Positions 60,775-64,000 of a stretch of DNA of 64,000 nucleotides are shown here, piece by piece. The first letter of the stretch is position 1. Each line of letters starts with the position of its first letter. The DNA comes from Halichondria panicea (taxonomy: Eukaryota), in assembly GCF_963675165.1 (NCBI RefSeq), contig NC_087384.1:2678315-2742314 (forward strand), read 5' to 3'. Below the pieces are notes generated by a model. It saw only the letters and a list, made by a program, of their open reading frames with translations, did not search any database and had not been told where the DNA came from. Both the position numbers and the translations under genes were made by a program.

Positions 60775-61790
60775 TTTTGTGGCAAGAAGTTCAATTCAGG
60801 GGAATTACATGTACAACTTTATGCATTGTACAGCTTCTTGTTTGGTTCTGTTTACTGCAGTACATGTACTTAACATTATATTGGTCAGAGGGGCTCTATA
60901 GTGTACATGTACGTGTGAAAGCAGGAGGGTATTTCACTGAGGTGTTCCATTTTAAGTTGTTATTTGGGTACTTGGAGGTGACCTTCCAGCTGTTTGTACA
61001 GCACCTTAGCCCTTATGGTAAGGCCCATTGTACAGGGCAGCATGCTAGCTACATGTACACACCTTACTGGGAGATTCATGTGTACAGTGTGTCTATAATT
61101 AGTTGCCACTTCGATGTCGTTGCATGGAGTTCTTCCAGAGGCCCTGCCTGCGTACAGTTAAAGAGACTAAAACATAATTATTATACATATATATGTACCC
61201 TTGTTCTCACTCCTGCTCCTCATTATTGCTGCTCGCTCTTTCGAAGTCTACTTACATGTACCTACATTCAAGAAGCTGAACAGTTATACCGTGTAACGGG
61301 TAAATTTGGCACGCCTAATATATTTGGCGAATGAGGTAATTGAACTGTATTCTCGATTTTTAATTCCATCATGCTGCATGGTATTACTGGGACGAGTATC
61401 AAGCAATTGTCATTGGCGATTTTTAATAGGCGACCCTTACCTTGAATCACCAAATTTCCCAAATTAATTCGTCACCAATTACATGTGTAATCTCATATGT
61501 ACTTTGTACTGTTTACTACTGGTTGTGCAACAAGAGTACAACTTCAACTCAGGGGAATTCACATTTGTACAACTTTGTGTTTACTTTCATTATGAATTAT
61601 ACAGCTTCTTTTGGTTCCTGATTGACTATAATTGGTTGATTCTCAGCATCTCTATGGTGTGTGAGAAGGCATGAGGGTATTTACTAGTTTAGGTGTTAGT
61701 ACTCTGAGTACCTGGGGTGACCTTCCAGCTCTTTGTACAGCACCTTACATGTAGCTTGTATCGTATGACCCATTGTCGACGTGATAGCTA
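60775..61790. repeat. Two diverged tandem copies of an approximately 300-700 bp segment (60780-61030 vs 61520-61760).
   Basis: Shared blocks 'caggggaattacatgtacaactttatg..ttgtacagcttctt..ggtt' and 'ggtgaccttccagct.tttgtacagcacctta'. Confidence 0.5.
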
Positions 61791-62012
61791 TAATACCTTA
61801 TCGGGAGATCATGTGTGTCTAATTACTTACCAAGATTTTAGAGAATTTTGATATAATATGCAATTTTGTACAGTGCCAGCTTGAGAGTGATTGATAGACT
61901 ATTATAAAACAGCAGCATAAAATAAAAGTGAAAGTGAAAGATTACTAATGAAATTGTTATAACTGCAGATTCACATCTGTTTTTTTTTATTAATGAAGTT
62001 TTGATAAATAGT

Positions 62013-64000
62013 TTAGAACTTGATAACTTCTTTCCTATCGTGAGCCACGTATATATAACCATCGTTATCGATTGTAAGCCCCTCGGGGTGTGTCAGGACG
62101 TCTTGTCCAAATGTTGTCACTAGGTTACCTTCTTTTGTGAACACAAACACGCAGTTGCTTTCCCAATCAGCAACATATACATGATCTCCGAACACTTTCA
62201 TGCCAGCTGGTTTAGTAAGCCTTCCGTGGGCAGATACTGAGTTGAAGGACCTTCCTTGAAGCAACGACCCTGATCGCTTTGGACTGATAGTTCGTATCAG
62301 CTCTCCGTTTGAATCTAAGACGACAATCCTCTGGTTTCCATGCTCAACAACGTACAGTTTCCCGTCTTCGTCGATATCGATATCAGTAGGCGTACACTGC
62401 ACTCCAGATTTTACACTCTTGGTAGTGATCGAGTCACGATAGCTCAAATCGGTGTCAAGGATGCGGATTCGATCTTGTTGGCTGTCACAGATGTAGAGCT
62501 CGTTACTTTTGGTTAGAATTATTCCGTTTGGAAATTTAAACTGCCCTGTCATGGTCGATTTGAGCCTTTGGCCTGATTTATCAAACTTGTGCAGCTTGCT
62601 GTCTTGGGCAGTACACACATACAAATTACCGTCTTTGTCGTAGAGCGCACCAGTTGGTAACATTGCGGGTAGTTTGATCAGTTCTCTATTTCCTTTAGAG
62701 TCGATTATAGTGAGCAAGTCGTGATCGTGATTTGAGACGAGTAGTTTGTCCATACTGTAAGAGAGGCCTGATGGGCTCTTTAGATTTTCTATCTTTTTAA
62801 CTGGTGTACCGAGTTGTAGTGGAGGTTTAGTCACAAAGATTTCGTACGGACTTTGTGCAATGTGACACCCGTTTACCTCAATGCTGAGCTTGTAACGGCC
62901 TCTGTTAGCAACTTGGATAGTGATTCGATGTTGCCCTGCTCCTATGTCAGTGATTTGCATGATCCCCGGAACTTCGTCTCTCACTTGATGAAAATCGACA
63001 CTCACGCTCTGTCTTCCAATACACGGCTTTCCACTAGAATCGAGGATACTCACTTCCAAAATCCCACGTGTGTTAGTTTCGAGATACGAAAGAGGGGCAC
63101 CAACAACTGTACTCTTTTGTGAATCAGCCAGGCTAAAAATGTAACTGTTCTCTCTCCAGATATTTGCATGTGCTTCTGCAGTAGATATCTCAATACCCAC
63201 GTCCCCTAGCTCACACGGAATTAGGTTGAGAGATGTGAAATCTTCTTGGGCCGCATTGATGCTTGATTTGAGGTCTTTCTGAGTTTTGATTAGCTCAGGT
63301 TCGGGAGTTGCTTGTTTGGCTGTTTCTATGGACGATAGCGTATCTTGAAGCTGGCTGCGTGTTTGTTGTATTGTGTTTGCTTGTTGGCTAATGTTTCTGA
63401 GTTTCTCTTGAATCTTTTCTGAAGCTTCTCTTTCGAGTTCACTTTTCTCCTGTTTCAGCTTAGAGATTATCTCAGCAAAGGCAATATCAATCGACTCTTG
63501 CAAAAGTTCTCCTTGTGATTTTATCGCAGCCTCTGTTTCCTTCACCTTCTGCAACGCCACATTAGCTTTTTGTTCCATTTCTTTCAGAGGTTCTGCCAAT
63601 TTGTCTAATTCTCCCCTAAATCTCTCTGCAATTTGCCCTATGAAGCCAGTTCGGTGATCTTTATGCTTAGTACCATCTAGCACACAATCTCGACAAATTA
63701 GCTCGCTACACGTCTCACAATACATGGCTATAGGTTGTGTCTTGTGCTCTTTGCAAGCATTCGGAAGATCCTCCGCTTGGGAGCTAATTGAAGCGTGGCG
63801 AAAACTTATTGTCAGCTCATTGTACACATCTTTCAAACGGTTGATATGGAAAGCAACCTGGAAATCTGTCACTTGGCCATTTTGCACTTGGAAAACCTTT
63901 CGACACTGTGGACACTCGATGGTGCTGTTTTTTCTGAACAAGGCTAGACGCTCGAGACAAGCTGTGCAATAGCAATGGTCGCAAGGTAGCTTTCTTGGTT
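62013..64000 (-). CDS. Second TRIM-NHL E3 ligase (RING, B-box, coiled coil, filamin/Ig domain, 6 NHL repeats), TRIM2/3/Brat-like and intronless. The N-terminal RING runs off the window end; the listed M at 63941 is a TTG codon.
   Basis: The minus-strand reading continues upstream of 63941 as ...PRKLPCDHCYCTACLERLALFRKNSTIECPQCRKVF (a RING). B-box CKEHKTQPIAMYCETCSELICRDCVLDGTKHKDH. Filamin repeat ...GQHRITIQVANRGRYKLSIEVNGCHIAQSPYEIFV. NHL motifs YICDSQQDRIRILD, YVVEHGNQRIVVLD, YVADWESNCVFVF, YVAHDRKEVIKF. Confidence 0.85.
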   Translation of the reverse strand, partial: PRKLPCDHCYCTACLERLALFRKNSTIECPQCRKVFQVQNGQVTDFQVAFHINRLKDVYNELTISFRHASISSQAEDLPNACKEHKTQPIAMYCETCSELICRDCVLDGTKHKDHRTGFIGQIAERFRGELDKLAEPLKEMEQKANVALQKVKETEAAIKSQGELLQESIDIAFAEIISKLKQEKSELEREASEKIQEKLRNISQQANTIQQTRSQLQDTLSSIETAKQATPEPELIKTQKDLKSSINAAQEDFTSLNLIPCELGDVGIEISTAEAHANIWRENSYIFSLADSQKSTVVGAPLSYLETNTRGILEVSILDSSGKPCIGRQSVSVDFHQVRDEVPGIMQITDIGAGQHRITIQVANRGRYKLSIEVNGCHIAQSPYEIFVTKPPLQLGTPVKKIENLKSPSGLSYSMDKLLVSNHDHDLLTIIDSKGNRELIKLPAMLPTGALYDKDGNLYVCTAQDSKLHKFDKSGQRLKSTMTGQFKFPNGIILTKSNELYICDSQQDRIRILDTDLSYRDSITTKSVKSGVQCTPTDIDIDEDGKLYVVEHGNQRIVVLDSNGELIRTISPKRSGSLLQGRSFNSVSAHGRLTKPAGMKVFGDHVYVADWESNCVFVFTKEGNLVTTFGQDVLTHPEGLTIDNDGYIYVAHDRKEVIKF

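Noticed and set aside
60732-61334. 200-aa plus-strand ORF.
   Set aside because: It lies in a tandemly duplicated low-complexity segment, is Cys/Tyr/Leu-rich with no domain, and does not continue the BLTP2-like reading frame convincingly.
63939-63941. Apparent Met start of the TRIM-NHL ORF at 63941, and the Met starts of ORFs 43815 and 62013.
   Set aside because: The codons are TTG, not ATG. The ORFs are continuations: a RING finger upstream beyond the window end for 62013-63941, and a spliced exon starting at 43767 for 43815.

Overview
This is eukaryotic (metazoan-type) nuclear DNA, not prokaryotic. It has spliced multi-exon genes with GT-AG introns of roughly 90-300 bp. It also carries microsatellites, a Pol III tRNA gene with a T-run terminator, and a very high load of short non-autonomous DNA transposons (MITEs) and foldback elements. 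Organism identity cannot be determined from sequence alone; every gene name below is assigned from recalled similarity, with no database search run. Genes recognised by reading the translations: MED15-like (5' part outside the window), an Ubl-RBR E3 ligase, three uncharacterised multi-pass membrane proteins (two are tandem paralogs), a TRIM-NHL E3 (RING-BBox-CC-NHL, intronless), eIF2B-alpha (EIF2B1, 8 exons, minus strand), an NFATC2IP/Rad60-like protein with two SUMO-like domains, UBE2G1 (5 exons), RAB35 (6 exons, minus strand, about 10.7 kb), a zinc-finger/PARP-like mono-ADP-ribosyltransferase gene nested antisense inside a RAB35 intron, a BLTP2/KIAA0100(Hobbit)-like large gene (more than 25 exons), tRNA-His(GTG) inside one of its introns, and a second TRIM-NHL E3 (with filamin domain) running off the 3' edge. 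At least four MITE families are present. Family A carries GCGCATGCGC plus a (TG)n tract. Families B and C have TIRs beginning CCGTATA. Family D is a hairpin element with TAGCCTCGATCCCAGGCCG ends. There are also several foldback elements, including a near-perfect 215-bp inverted repeat, and a decayed LINE RT-tail fragment. The most unusual content is: (i) the ZnF-PARP gene with four tandem C4 zinc-ribbon repeats, a duplicated micro-exon, and an E-to-V substitution at the PARP catalytic position; (ii) an RBR ligase fused to a ubiquitin-like domain ending LHGG with a degenerate RING1; (iii) a tandem pair of novel membrane proteins sharing the invariant motif CLPLYLLADNRQPLDCAFGCDT; (iv) the density of ubiquitin/Ubl-pathway genes in 64 kb; and (v) the MITE/foldback structures.
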